A model generated the notes under the pieces. It worked only from the letters and a program-made list of their open reading frames with translations. It did no database searches and had not been told where the DNA came from. Shown in pieces: positions 20,687 through 29,874 of a stretch of 64,000 nt of DNA (its first letter is position 1; each line of letters starts with the position of its first letter). The translations under genes were made by a program, and so were the position numbers. The stretch comes from Phyllobacteriaceae bacterium (GTDB lineage: Bacteria > Pseudomonadota > Alphaproteobacteria > Rhizobiales > Rhizobiaceae). The DNA lies in contig JAMLIH010000009.1 of NCBI GenBank assembly GCA_023954255.1, positions 4,502-68,501 of the forward strand, in the 5' to 3' direction.

Positions 20687-21915
20687 GAGCCGTCCAGCGG
20701 AACTGGCGTGCCCGCGTCTCCGGGTTCAAGGCCCAGATGGCGGCCAACCGTCGCGCCGATATCGGCAAAGGTTTCGCGGGTTCCGCCATTGCCGGGCTCC
20801 ACCCCGCTGCCGAACAGAAGAACCGGCACCTGCTCGCGGGTATGGTCGGTTCCCCGCCAGGTCGGATCGCAGCCGTGGTCGGCTGTGATCGTCAGCAGAT
20901 CACCCGGCCCCATTCGCCCCATGAAGGAAGGCAGCCAGCGATCGAAGGCCTCAAGGGCAGCCGCATAGCCCGCGACATCCCTGCGATGGCCGTACAGCAT
21001 GTCGAAATCGACGAAATTCGTCATCGCCAGACCGCCCTCGGGCAATTCCGCCATGGCTTTCAGCGTCGCTTCGCCCAACGCTTCATTGCCGCTGGCCTTG
21101 ATGACCTGCGTCGGGCCCTGATGGGCATAGATATCGGCGATCTTGCCGATGGCGACAACCTCTCTTCCGGCGGCTTTCGCACGGTCCAGCAGGGTGGGCT
21201 TCGGCGGCTTGATGGAATAGTCGCGCCGGTTTCCGGTGCGCACGAACGAGGCGGCGTCCTCGCCGACGAAGGGCCGGGCGATCACCCGTCCGATATTCAT
21301 ACGCGCCGTCATCTCGAATACCGATTCGCAAAGCGCGTAGAGCTTCTCCAGTCCGAAATGGCTCTCATGGGCAGCAATCTGGAAAACCGAATCCGACGAG
21401 GTGTAGCAGATCGGTTTGCCGGTCCGCACATGCTCCTCGCCGAGCTCGGCAATGATCTCGGTTCCCGAAGCGTGGCGGTTTCCCAGAATGCCGGGCAGAT
21501 TGTTTTCGGCGATGATCTGATCGGTAAGTTCCGCCGGAAAGGCCGGTATCTCTCTGGGAAAATAGCCCCAGTCGGTCATCACCGGCACCCCGGCAATCTC
21601 CCAATGGCCCGAAGGCGTATCCTTGCCTTTGGAAATTTCGACGGCGCTGGCCCAGCGGCCTTTCAAAACAGGAATGGCGCTCATGCCCGCCGGCAGTTCT
21701 CCGCAGGCGTTTTTCGCGGCAAGGCCGAGGCCGAGGGATTCGAGCACCGGCAGGCTGAGCGGTCCGGATCGGAGCCCTTCACGGTCCGCTCTGCCCGCCT
21801 TGCAGGCTTCGGCGATGTGACCGAGCGTGTTGGAGCCTGAATCGCCGAATTGTGCAGCGTCGGGTGCGCCGCCAATGCCGACGGAATCGAGTACGAACAA
21901 AAAGCTCCGGCTCAT
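20683..21915 (-). CDS. deoB: Phosphopentomutase
   Basis: [23 protein letters not shown] and TADHGCDPT. Start re-set to MSRSF. Confidence 0.96.
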   Translation of the reverse strand: MSRSFLFVLDSVGIGGAPDAAQFGDSGSNTLGHIAEACKAGRADREGLRSGPLSLPVLESLGLGLAAKNACGELPAGMSAIPVLKGRWASAVEISKGKDTPSGHWEIAGVPVMTDWGYFPREIPAFPAELTDQIIAENNLPGILGNRHASGTEIIAELGEEHVRTGKPICYTSSDSVFQIAAHESHFGLEKLYALCESVFEMTARMNIGRVIARPFVGEDAASFVRTGNRRDYSIKPPKPTLLDRAKAAGREVVAIGKIADIYAHQGPTQVIKASGNEALGEATLKAMAELPEGGLAMTNFVDFDMLYGHRRDVAGYAAALEAFDRWLPSFMGRMGPGDLLTITADHGCDPTWRGTDHTREQVPVLLFGSGVEPGNGGTRETFADIGATVGRHLGLEPGDAGTPVPLDGS

Positions 21916-22059
21916 GATTTTCCTCTCCGGATGGCGCGCCAGCGGCCGGGACCGAACACTCGGCTCACCCATGGGTCAGGGGGATTCCCAATTCAGGCGC
22001 AATCCCGTAGTAACGGATATTGGTTTCGCTTCGCAAGCAACAGGATGTCCGGCAGGATC

Positions 22060-23073
22060 ATGACCGTTCGATCAGCTTCTCGAAAGCTTTCAGCCAGTGC
22101 CGCTTGTCTGGTGTTTCTTGCCTTTGCGGCGATGTTTTCGCAAGCTATGGCCGATTGGCGGGAGGAACTGGGCGTTTTCCGCATCGCCCTCGTCACCAGC
22201 GACAACGAGGCCGACAGCCGCGCCGCGCTGGAACCCTTCCGTCTGGTCGTGCAGGAAAAGCTCGGCCTGCAGGCCGAACTGCGCACCGACCGCCAGCTCG
22301 ACAGACTGATCATAAACCAGTCAGACAGGCCGGCCGAATATCTCATTCTACCGGCCTCCGCCTATGCGGCCGTATGGCTTCGCTGCGAATGCATCGAACC
22401 GCTGGTGATCGCCAGATCTGCCGATGGCGAGGAGGCCGTTCGCTCGGTTTTGATCGTACGCTCCGAAAGCGGCATCAACACTTTGACGCAACTGGGCGGC
22501 AGGACGGTACTCGGCCTTTCCGAGCATTCGCTGGTTGGATATGCGATACCGCGCAAGTTCGCCGACGAGGCGGCAAGCGGCATCGACTGGCAGCTTTCCG
22601 ATAGCGCGGAAGAAGCGCTGCATCGTTTCGTTTCCGGGCAAGGCGATGCGCTCGCCGGCTGGATTCCGGCAGGCCAGAATCCCGCCATCGCCAGCCGCGG
22701 CACGCTCGCCCGGCTGAAGGAACTCGCTGCCGGCGGGCAATCGTTCTCGGTCCTCTGGCAATCGGAACCTGTACCCAACCGGGTTCACGCCGTGCGCAAG
22801 AACCTCGACGGGGAGGCAAAGCGCCTGCTGCGCGATCTGCTCACCGGGCTCAACGACAACGATCCGATCACGTATGATCAGCTTGAGCCCGATTTTTCGG
22901 GCGGGTTCCTTCCCGCCCGCCAGTCGCAGTTCTCCTATCTGATCGATTTCCTCAACGAGCAGGCGAAAACGGCTCCTGTGGACGGTGCCGGTGCAGAAGA
23001 GGATGCCTCCGGCGGATTGCAGGACGAACCGGACAATCCCGACACGGCAGAAAAAAGCGCCAGCGACTCCTGA
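22060..23073 (+). CDS. PhnD-like (phosphate/phosphite/phosphonate) periplasmic binding protein, orphan
   Basis: Signal peptide ending AMA-DWREELGVFRI, RSVLIVRSESGI, and a phosphate-loop-like HSLVGYAIP; acidic C-terminal tail. Start approximate. Confidence 0.72.
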   Translation: MTVRSASRKLSASAACLVFLAFAAMFSQAMADWREELGVFRIALVTSDNEADSRAALEPFRLVVQEKLGLQAELRTDRQLDRLIINQSDRPAEYLILPASAYAAVWLRCECIEPLVIARSADGEEAVRSVLIVRSESGINTLTQLGGRTVLGLSEHSLVGYAIPRKFADEAASGIDWQLSDSAEEALHRFVSGQGDALAGWIPAGQNPAIASRGTLARLKELAAGGQSFSVLWQSEPVPNRVHAVRKNLDGEAKRLLRDLLTGLNDNDPITYDQLEPDFSGGFLPARQSQFSYLIDFLNEQAKTAPVDGAGAEEDASGGLQDEPDNPDTAEKSASDS

Positions 23074-23095
23074 ACCGTTCCGGCAGCTTCAACAA

Positions 23096-23121
23096 AAAAG
23101 CGGCCCCTGAAGGCCGCTTTT
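23096..23121. terminator. Bidirectional intrinsic terminator
   Basis: AAAAGCGGCC-cctgaa-GGCCGCTTTT between convergent genes. Confidence 0.75.
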
Positions 23122-23148
23122 CGCTACGTCTCGTCAGGATGATGCCGA

Positions 23149-23760
23149 TTATGAGCAGTTGCCCTTGACCTCGATATTGTTGCCGATGCGCGGACGCAGG
23201 AACATTTCCTCTTCCATCTGAATGGCCGTGGTCTCCTTGCTCAGGTCGCCGACCTTGTGGGTGGCGAGCCACCCGACGGCAGGCGTGTAGGAGGTTTCGA
23301 TGCGTGCCGCGACCAGGAAATTGCCGTCGATCTTGATCTTGTTGGGAACGGTATAGATCGAACCGGTGGCAACCGGCGTGGTGCCATAACCGCGGCTCCA
23401 CTTCACCTTGGCCGTACCACTCTCGACCAGAACACCCGACAGGCGGATCTTCAGCGTGTTGGAATAAGGATACATGATGTCGTCGGCGATCTCGATGATG
23501 TCGTTAAGCACCGGATCGGTGAAGCATTCGGCCTGGGTGATGAGGTCGCCCAGCGTGCTTGAAACCCGCGACAGCTTGCGGTTGGCGGAAAGCGCACCGG
23601 AAATCTCGATCGTGCCGACATAGAGCAGCAGCATCAGCGGGGCGATGAAGGCGAACTCGATCGCCGCAACGCCCTTGATGTCATCGCGGAATGCAGACAC
23701 TGCCAGGCGAAGGCTCTCCAGCCTGGCTTTCATGTTGTCTTTGAAGCTCGCAGTTTTCAT
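23149..23760 (-). CDS. TadE/TadG family pseudopilin
   Basis: Flp-like processing site DIKG|VAAIEFAFIAP followed by a TM segment. Confidence 0.88.
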   Translation of the reverse strand: MKTASFKDNMKARLESLRLAVSAFRDDIKGVAAIEFAFIAPLMLLLYVGTIEISGALSANRKLSRVSSTLGDLITQAECFTDPVLNDIIEIADDIMYPYSNTLKIRLSGVLVESGTAKVKWSRGYGTTPVATGSIYTVPNKIKIDGNFLVAARIETSYTPAVGWLATHKVGDLSKETTAIQMEEEMFLRPRIGNNIEVKGNCS

Positions 23761-23804
23761 TGCTCAGTCCTCGTATTCGTGCCTGTTGCGGTCGGATACC
23801 GGGG

Positions 23805-24392
23805 TCAGGAGGAATAGGGTTCGGTTTTGAACGCGGTGATTCCGGTCAGAACCGCATTGCCGTTGTTGAGACCGGACAGGTATTGCTGCAGGTAGTTGGT
23901 AAACACCGGCCACTCGGCAACGACGGTCAGCATGACGATCTGCTTGGGACCGGCTGCCTCGAACTTGAAGTCCGAAGGATCGATCTCGCCATCCTCGGGC
24001 TTGGGCGCATCGCCCAGCTCGTCATAGGTGGCGACAACCTGCATATCGATGAGAAGACCGTCGCAATCGAAAAGAACGGCAGCGCTTTCGCAGATCTCGT
24101 CGCGCAACTGGTCCTCGGTCAGCGTCTGGTCGAGCTGTCCGGTCCGGATTTTCCGGCCTACTTCATCCACCGAGCTTTCAAGCACCTGTCCGGCGAAGAA
24201 CAGCAGCGAGGTTTCCACGATCGCCATCAGCAGCATGAAGAACGGCATGGCGAGCATGGCGAACTCGATTGCCGTGACGCCTTCCTGGTCCTTTGCGAAC
24301 CGGCGAACGATTTTCGGGGCACTGAAGAAGCCGGCGCGCTTGCGTGCGGCTTCGTTATGGTCGGCTTGTACGGTCTTTGGCATTTGTACCAC
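23805..24392 (-). CDS. tadE: TadE family pseudopilin
   Basis: DQEG|VTAIEFAMLAMPFF motif and C-terminal FKTEPY. Confidence 0.9.
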   Translation of the reverse strand: MVQMPKTVQADHNEAARKRAGFFSAPKIVRRFAKDQEGVTAIEFAMLAMPFFMLLMAIVETSLLFFAGQVLESSVDEVGRKIRTGQLDQTLTEDQLRDEICESAAVLFDCDGLLIDMQVVATYDELGDAPKPEDGEIDPSDFKFEAAGPKQIVMLTVVAEWPVFTNYLQQYLSGLNNGNAVLTGITAFKTEPYSS

Positions 24393-24476
24393 CCTAGAGT
24401 CAGCAAGGTCGTATCAGACTAGCAATGATCCGTTGAAATTGTGTTTCACCGGTTTCCGAAAATTTCGGGGATTGGT

Positions 24477-24492
24477 TTAAGGATCCATTAAC
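24477..24492. promoter_or_regulatory. Perfect CtrA box TTAA-GGATCCA-TTAAC
   Basis: Exact consensus match about 85 bp upstream of tadE. Confidence 0.75.
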
Positions 24493-24579
24493 CGCAAAAA
24501 GCCGCTTCCGGGGTCCCCACAAACAGAACCGGGCTTGCGCCCGGTTCGAAAATTCAAGCTTGCATGCGGGTTCGCCGGC

Positions 24580-25056
24580 CTATTTGGCGCCCTCGGACAG
24601 ATTGTTGCGGGCCGTGATCTGCTGCTGTGCATATTCGAAGCGGTCTGCCGAATCGCCGATGGTGAGCGTCGGTTCGCACACAGGCGCGCAGGCCAGGGTG
24701 ACGCGCTCTTCGCGGCGATAGATGCGTACGGTGTTGGCTTCATGCCCGCGCACCACGACGGTCTCGTCGACGATCGGCTCGCCATCGTGATCAAGCACGA
24801 TCAGGTTGGTGACACCGAAGGAACGCCCGGTCAGAACCAGCGTAATGTCGTCCTCGACGGTAGCGTCCGCGATCGACGGGTTGCCGATGATCACGGTGGC
24901 TGCCGGCCTGGAAATCCGGAAGACCTTGGCGCGGTCGACGGTGACCACCACGGGCTCTGCTGCAGTTTCGGTTTCAGCCTGGGCGGTCACGACCGCTGCA
25001 GCAAGCAGGGAGGTGGCAAGGGCCGCTGCCAGGCATGACTTGATGGGCTTGAACAT
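24580..25056 (-). CDS. Exported pilus assembly protein (secretin N-domain-like, RcpC/CpaC-N type)
   Basis: Signal peptide, then VTVDRAKVFRI, VIIGNPSIADA, GRSFGVTNLIVLD and CAPVC. Start re-set to MFKPIKS (89 alternative at 25089). Confidence 0.8.
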   Translation of the reverse strand: MFKPIKSCLAAALATSLLAAAVVTAQAETETAAEPVVVTVDRAKVFRISRPAATVIIGNPSIADATVEDDITLVLTGRSFGVTNLIVLDHDGEPIVDETVVVRGHEANTVRIYRREERVTLACAPVCEPTLTIGDSADRFEYAQQQITARNNLSEGAK

Positions 25057-25458
25057 GGTGAGCTCCGAACGCGTTACGGTTTTCTCCATTTTCAGCGTTT
25101 TTGGTAAAGGAAGCACTAACGGGGCAGGGCTTCGTGCGCCTGCAGGCGAATTGCCGAGGGCCGCTATGAAATGCTGCAGCAATCCAGTGCAGCGCCAACT
25201 GCTTGCCTGTCGCACCTTCACGGTCCCCGGTCATGCTGTCGCGTGTATTATAATGAGTGGCGGACGACGTTCCTGCTTCCGGCAAATCCGGCCAGTCTGG
25301 ATGGCGAACTCGCTCGCCGGATTTGCGCTTGGCGCTTGCCGGTGCCGAATACGCTCCTTGCACGGCGTTGCGGATGACGGCTGGCTACCCGGAGGGGATT
25401 GCAACAATTTTACCGATGCTCCTCACGCCAAACTAACCAAGCTCAACATTCAGGTGAT

Positions 25459-25487
25459 GTAAGGTTTTGTTAACGACCGAAATTAAC
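25459..25487. promoter_or_regulatory. CtrA-like sites upstream of the pilin: GTAA-N7-TTAAC plus a further TTAAC half-site
   Basis: gtaaggttttgttaacgaccgaaattaac, read directly. Confidence 0.6.
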
Positions 25488-25584
25488 GGCTTCTCAATTT
25501 GTCGGGCGTAGATTGGCGTCAGATCGGGGACAAACCCGGTCGACACAAGTGTTCAAAAACACGTGGATCTAAAGGAGCATAACC

Positions 25585-25743
25585 ATGAAATTCGTAGCTC
25601 GTTTTCTGAAAGATGAGTCTGGCGCAACCGCTATCGAATACGGCCTGATCGCCGCTCTGATTTCTGTTGCTATCATCGGCGGCGTAAGCGCCACTGGTGG
25701 CGGTGTTTCCGACACCTTCAACACGATCTCTGGCAACCTCTAA
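25585..25743 (+). CDS. pilA: Flp (type IVc) major pilin, 52 aa: MKFVARFLKDESG|ATAIEYGLIAALISVAIIGGVSATGGGVSDTFNTISGNL
   Basis: Hand-translated and absent from the ORF track. AAAGGAG RBS; canonical G|ATAIEYGLIA Flp motif. Confidence 0.97.
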   Translation: MKFVARFLKDESGATAIEYGLIAALISVAIIGGVSATGGGVSDTFNTISGNL

Positions 25744-25787
25744 GGTTGGCAAGCCGGGTCGCTCAGACCTGGCGTGAAAATCAGGCA

Positions 25788-25821
25788 CAGGGCCGTCCTT
25801 CCGGGCGGCCCTGTTGTCTTT
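25788..25821 (+). terminator. Intrinsic terminator after the pilin
   Basis: CAGGGCCGTCC-ttcc-GGGCGGCCCTG followed by a T-rich tail. Confidence 0.8.
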
Positions 25822-25929
25822 TTGCCGGTGCCTCGCCGGCGGGCTTCCTTAACCGCTTGTTCACCACAAACCCATAAGCTTGCCGAAGCCGGAAACCCGG
25901 CCCGAACGCAACTCCATCAGGCGGCCAAC

Positions 25930-26451
25930 ATGCTTCAGGCGGCACTCGTTTCCTTCTTCCCATTTCTGATGATCTATTCGGCCTTTTCGGATCTCGTTTC
26001 CATGACGATTCCCAACAAGGTGTCCCTGGCGCTGATCGCCGGCTTCGTCGCATTCGCCTATTGGACGGGCATGAGCCTGGAGACTTTCGCCTGGCACTGG
26101 GCACTGTTTGCCATCGTGCTGGTCGCAGCCATTGCACTGTTTGCCTCCGGTCACATCGGTGGCGGCGATGCCAAGCTGGCCGCTGCCACGGTACTCTGGC
26201 TCGGCTGGGAGCATGCCCTGTCCTATCTGTTCGTCGCTTCGCTGATCGGGGCCGCCCTTACCATTGTCATGATGCGTCTGCGCGGCAACATCATGCCCCA
26301 TCGCATCGAACATGTTGAATGGATCGCCCGGCTCTACCGCGCTGATTCCGGCATCCCCTACGGCATTGCCCTCGGCGCGGCGGCAATCGTGATTTATCCG
26401 GAAACGCGCTGGATGGAATCCGTGTTCAGCCTGACAGTGCCGGGCATGTAG
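25930..26451 (+). CDS. cpaA: Prepilin peptidase (A24 family)
   Basis: SDLVSMTIPN, GGGDAKL and IPYGIAL motifs. Start re-set to MLQAAL. Confidence 0.93.
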   Translation: MLQAALVSFFPFLMIYSAFSDLVSMTIPNKVSLALIAGFVAFAYWTGMSLETFAWHWALFAIVLVAAIALFASGHIGGGDAKLAAATVLWLGWEHALSYLFVASLIGAALTIVMMRLRGNIMPHRIEHVEWIARLYRADSGIPYGIALGAAAIVIYPETRWMESVFSLTVPGM

Positions 26452-26479
26452 TCGTTCCGTCGCTCACCCTGCAGACCAG

Positions 26480-26503
26480 ACCCGGCTTCGGCCGGGTTTT
26501 TTG
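26480..26503 (+). terminator. Intrinsic terminator after cpaA
   Basis: ACCCGGC-ttcg-GCCGGGT followed by TTTTTG. Confidence 0.8.
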
Positions 26504-26544
26504 TTGCCTGCCGTCCCGTTCCGCCATGCTGCGTTTGGGGTCCG

Positions 26545-26576
26545 TTAACCATCATCGCTAGCTTTGCGTTAACCAT
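26545..26576. promoter_or_regulatory. Two TTAACCAT motifs upstream of cpaB (CtrA-type extended half-sites)
   Basis: TTAACCAT at 26545-26552 and 26569-26576. Confidence 0.55.
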
Positions 26577-26647
26577 AATTACACCTTTGCCTGACAAAAC
26601 TAGCTGCGAGGAATTCCAGCTCTTGGAGCAGTTTTGAGGGTACGGGT

Positions 26648-27466
26648 ATGAGAAAAGCACAGTTGGTGGTCTTGGCGGGCGCGGTCCTTGCCGCAGGAGG
26701 CGCAGGGTATCTTGCGATGAACCTCATGCATCGCGAGCCCGAGCCGCAGCAGGTTCAACAGCAGACGCCAACCGTTCGCATGGAGGAAGTGCTGATCGCT
26801 GCGTCGGACATACCGATGGGAACAAAAGTTTCATCCGACATGCTCGAATGGCGCGAATGGCCGGAGCAAGGCGTGGCGGACGGCTTCATTACCAAGGGCG
26901 CCCAGCCCGATGCCCTGAACGACATGACGGGTTCGATTGCCCGTGCCACGATCTATTCCGGCGAACCGATGCGTGATTCGAAGCTGGTAAAGTCCGACCA
27001 GGGTTTCATGTCTGCCATTCTGCCCAAGGGGCAGCGTGCGGTTGCCACCAGCATTTCCACCGCCACATCGGCCGGCGGCTTCATCCTTCCCAATGACCGC
27101 GTCGATGTCCTGATGACTCGCCGGCGCACCGGCGAGGGCGAAGAAGGTTTCGCGACAGAAGTCATTCTGGAAAACATCCGTGTTCTCGCCATCGACCAGA
27201 CCATCCGCGAGCAGGATGGCGAACAGGTGGTGGTTGGCGAAACCGCCACACTCCAGTTGAGCCCCAAGGAAGTGGAAATCCTGACGGTCGCACAGCAGAC
27301 CGCCGACCGCCTTTCCCTGGCGCTGCGCTCCATCGCCGACGCCAACGAGGAATCGAAGAAAACCGGGGACCATCTGCTCAGCGGTGGTTCCGGCACCGTG
27401 CGAATCATCCGTTACGGCAGCGTCAAGGAGGCAAGTGCGCCGCCGAGGAAATCCGATGAGGACTAA
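26648..27466 (+). CDS. cpaB: Flp pilus assembly protein CpaB/RcpC
   Basis: SAF-like EVLIAASDIPMG; LPKGQRAV, GGFILPNDRVDV and ENIRVLAIDQ motifs. Confidence 0.94.
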   Translation: MRKAQLVVLAGAVLAAGGAGYLAMNLMHREPEPQQVQQQTPTVRMEEVLIAASDIPMGTKVSSDMLEWREWPEQGVADGFITKGAQPDALNDMTGSIARATIYSGEPMRDSKLVKSDQGFMSAILPKGQRAVATSISTATSAGGFILPNDRVDVLMTRRRTGEGEEGFATEVILENIRVLAIDQTIREQDGEQVVVGETATLQLSPKEVEILTVAQQTADRLSLALRSIADANEESKKTGDHLLSGGSGTVRIIRYGSVKEASAPPRKSDED

Positions 27467-27499
27467 TCGCCGAAACACGTCGCTGAAACGGATCGAGAC

Positions 27500-29047
27500 A
27501 TGATTGAGGGTAACAAAATGCGTAACACCAAGGGAAAATGGTTCCGTGCGATGATGTTGTCGGCAGCCTTGTGTGCGCCCTTCGCCATTGCGGGCGGGTT
27601 GCCGGCTCAGGCAGAATCGGGAACCAAGAACTACATAAAGATTTCCAGAAACGCGATCGGGCAGACGCGCACCGTCAAGGTCGGCCTCAACAAGTCGATG
27701 GTTATCGACCTGCCGGACGACGCCCATGACATTCTGGTCGCCAACCCGGAAGTCGCCGATGCCGTCACCCGCACATCGCGGCGCATCTACATTTTCGCCA
27801 AACAGGTTGGCGAAACCAACATCTTCATCTTCGACCATGCCGGCAATCAGCTGCTGTCGCTCGATCTTGCGATTGAACGCGATGTCGCAGGGCTTGAAGA
27901 ATATATCGAAAAATATGTCCGCGGTGCCGACGTCAAGGTCGAAATCATCAACGACAACGTCGTGCTGACGGGAACGGTTCCAACTCCCCAGGCTTCGGTG
28001 AAGGCAGTCCAGCTGGCTCAGATCTTCGTCAAGGGCGGCGAGGCGACAACGCCGTCTGCGGGCGGATCGGCAGCCGTCCCCGGTGGCGGCACCGTTGTCA
28101 GCTTCGGTGAGGAAGAAACCCGCGAATCGGCAATCGTGAACCTGCTGACGATCGATGGCGAGGACCAGGTGGCTCTCAAGGTCACTGTAGCCGAAATCCA
28201 GCGCAACATCGTCAAGCAACTCGGTATCGACCTGCTGTCGAGCCTTTCGGTAGGTGGCCTGGCAACCCGCATCATCGGCGACAACCCGCTGGGCCTGGGC
28301 AAGATCAAGTCCACCAGCAGGCTGATCTCCTCCTACTCGCACGATGGAAACACTTTCGAGGCTACCCTTCGCGCGCTCGATCAGGCCGGCGTCATGCGCA
28401 CGCTTGCCGAGCCGACCCTGACGGCCATCTCCGGCGAGGCGGCGACCTTCAACGTTGGCGGCGAATACCGCATTCCCAGCGGCAAGGACGATAGCGGCGA
28501 CGGGGTTACCTACAACTCGGAAACCGTGGAATACGGCATCTCGCTCGGCTTCAGGCCTGTTGTCCTGTCTCCCGGCCGCATCAGCCTGCACATTCAGACC
28601 CAGGTTTCCGAACCGACCAATGAAGGCAGCTTTGTCGTACCGCGCGGCAGCGCCGAGGCGGTAACCTATCCGGGCATTCGCCGCCGCGAGGCAGAGACCA
28701 CTGTCGAGCTTCCCTCCGGCGGCTCCATGGTTATTGCCGGCCTCATCAAGGATGATGTGCGGCAGGTGATTTCCGGCTTCCCGGGTCTCAGCCGCATTCC
28801 GATCCTGGGAACCCTGTTCAGAAGCCGAGACTACCAGCGTTACGAGACCGAACTGGTGATCATCGTCACGCCTTATCTCGTGCGGCCCGTGGCCCGCCAG
28901 AACCTGGCACGCCCGGACGACAACTTCCAGGCGGCAGTGGACCGGCATGGACTGTTTCTTGGCCGGGTAAACCGCATCTACGGCACCACGGACGGCCAGA
29001 TGCCGACCGGGCAATACCGCGGAAACCCAGGCTTTATTTTCAAGTGA
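27500..29047 (+). CDS. cpaC: Pilus secretin CpaC/RcpA
   Basis: VANPEVAD N-domain, BON-like segment, EPTLTAISGE and IPILGTLFRS. Start is 27500 or 27518. Confidence 0.94.
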   Translation: MIEGNKMRNTKGKWFRAMMLSAALCAPFAIAGGLPAQAESGTKNYIKISRNAIGQTRTVKVGLNKSMVIDLPDDAHDILVANPEVADAVTRTSRRIYIFAKQVGETNIFIFDHAGNQLLSLDLAIERDVAGLEEYIEKYVRGADVKVEIINDNVVLTGTVPTPQASVKAVQLAQIFVKGGEATTPSAGGSAAVPGGGTVVSFGEEETRESAIVNLLTIDGEDQVALKVTVAEIQRNIVKQLGIDLLSSLSVGGLATRIIGDNPLGLGKIKSTSRLISSYSHDGNTFEATLRALDQAGVMRTLAEPTLTAISGEAATFNVGGEYRIPSGKDDSGDGVTYNSETVEYGISLGFRPVVLSPGRISLHIQTQVSEPTNEGSFVVPRGSAEAVTYPGIRRREAETTVELPSGGSMVIAGLIKDDVRQVISGFPGLSRIPILGTLFRSRDYQRYETELVIIVTPYLVRPVARQNLARPDDNFQAAVDRHGLFLGRVNRIYGTTDGQMPTGQYRGNPGFIFK

Positions 29048-29070
29048 CGGAAGGTTTGTACGGAGTTCAG

Positions 29071-29826
29071 ATGATGAAAAAGATCGACCATCAAGGCAGA
29101 AATGCCGGCAGCCACTACAAGCCCCGCACACCTTTTGGCGGCAAGCGGATCAGTGGCAGAAACTGGATGCTTGCGGGTCTTCTGGCAGCAGGTGCTGTCG
29201 CCATGACCGGCTGCGCCAGCTACAACCAGGACCAGATGACGGTAAGCTCGGTGCCGGATGACTATCGCACCCGCCATCCCATCATCGTTTCGGAAAACGA
29301 GACGGCCCGCGACATCGTTATTCCGCGCAACCTGAAAAGCCTCTCGCTGCGCGACAGGGACATCGTCAAGGGCATGGGCGACGACTTCCGGCGGTCGGGA
29401 GCAAAATCGATTGTGATTTTGATTCCCTCAGGCTCGCCGAACGAGCACGCCGCCCGGCGCGCTGCCAGTCAGGCAGTGGAGGAACTGAAGCTGCAGGGTA
29501 TCGGATCGCACCAGATAGCGATCAACCACTACAGCGCGGCCGGCCACGGTGAATCGGCAACCTTGCGGATCGTCTATTCCGATCTCGTCGCCGGTGTCGC
29601 CAGCCAGTGCGGCCAGTGGTCCGAGGACATTATCGCTACCGGGCAGAACAGGAACTACCACAACTTCGGCTGCGCGACGCAGAACAACCTTGCGCAGATG
29701 GTTGCCAATCCGGCCGACCTGCTGGGGCCGCGGGCGATGTCGGAAGTGGATTCAACCAAGCGTACCCAGGTGATCGAGGACTGGCGTCAGAGCACGACCA
29801 AGCTTGTAACCGAACTCGAAAACTGA
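29071..29826 (+). CDS. cpaD: Pilus biogenesis lipoprotein CpaD
   Basis: Lipobox MTGC; DYRTRHPI, NFGCATQNNLAQMVANPADL. Start approximate. Confidence 0.92.
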   Translation: MMKKIDHQGRNAGSHYKPRTPFGGKRISGRNWMLAGLLAAGAVAMTGCASYNQDQMTVSSVPDDYRTRHPIIVSENETARDIVIPRNLKSLSLRDRDIVKGMGDDFRRSGAKSIVILIPSGSPNEHAARRAASQAVEELKLQGIGSHQIAINHYSAAGHGESATLRIVYSDLVAGVASQCGQWSEDIIATGQNRNYHNFGCATQNNLAQMVANPADLLGPRAMSEVDSTKRTQVIEDWRQSTTKLVTELEN

Positions 29827-29874
29827 CCGCCGGCCGGAAGGGCTTGAGAGAGTAAATTTATTCGGGAACACAAA

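Noticed and set aside
12339-21915. cdd-punA-deoC-deoA / upp-add-deoB clustering as a novel system
   Set aside because: This is the ordinary nucleoside salvage neighbourhood of Rhizobiales.
26831-29131. 766-aa minus-strand ORF
   Set aside because: Antisense to cpaB/cpaC, which carry clear family motifs.
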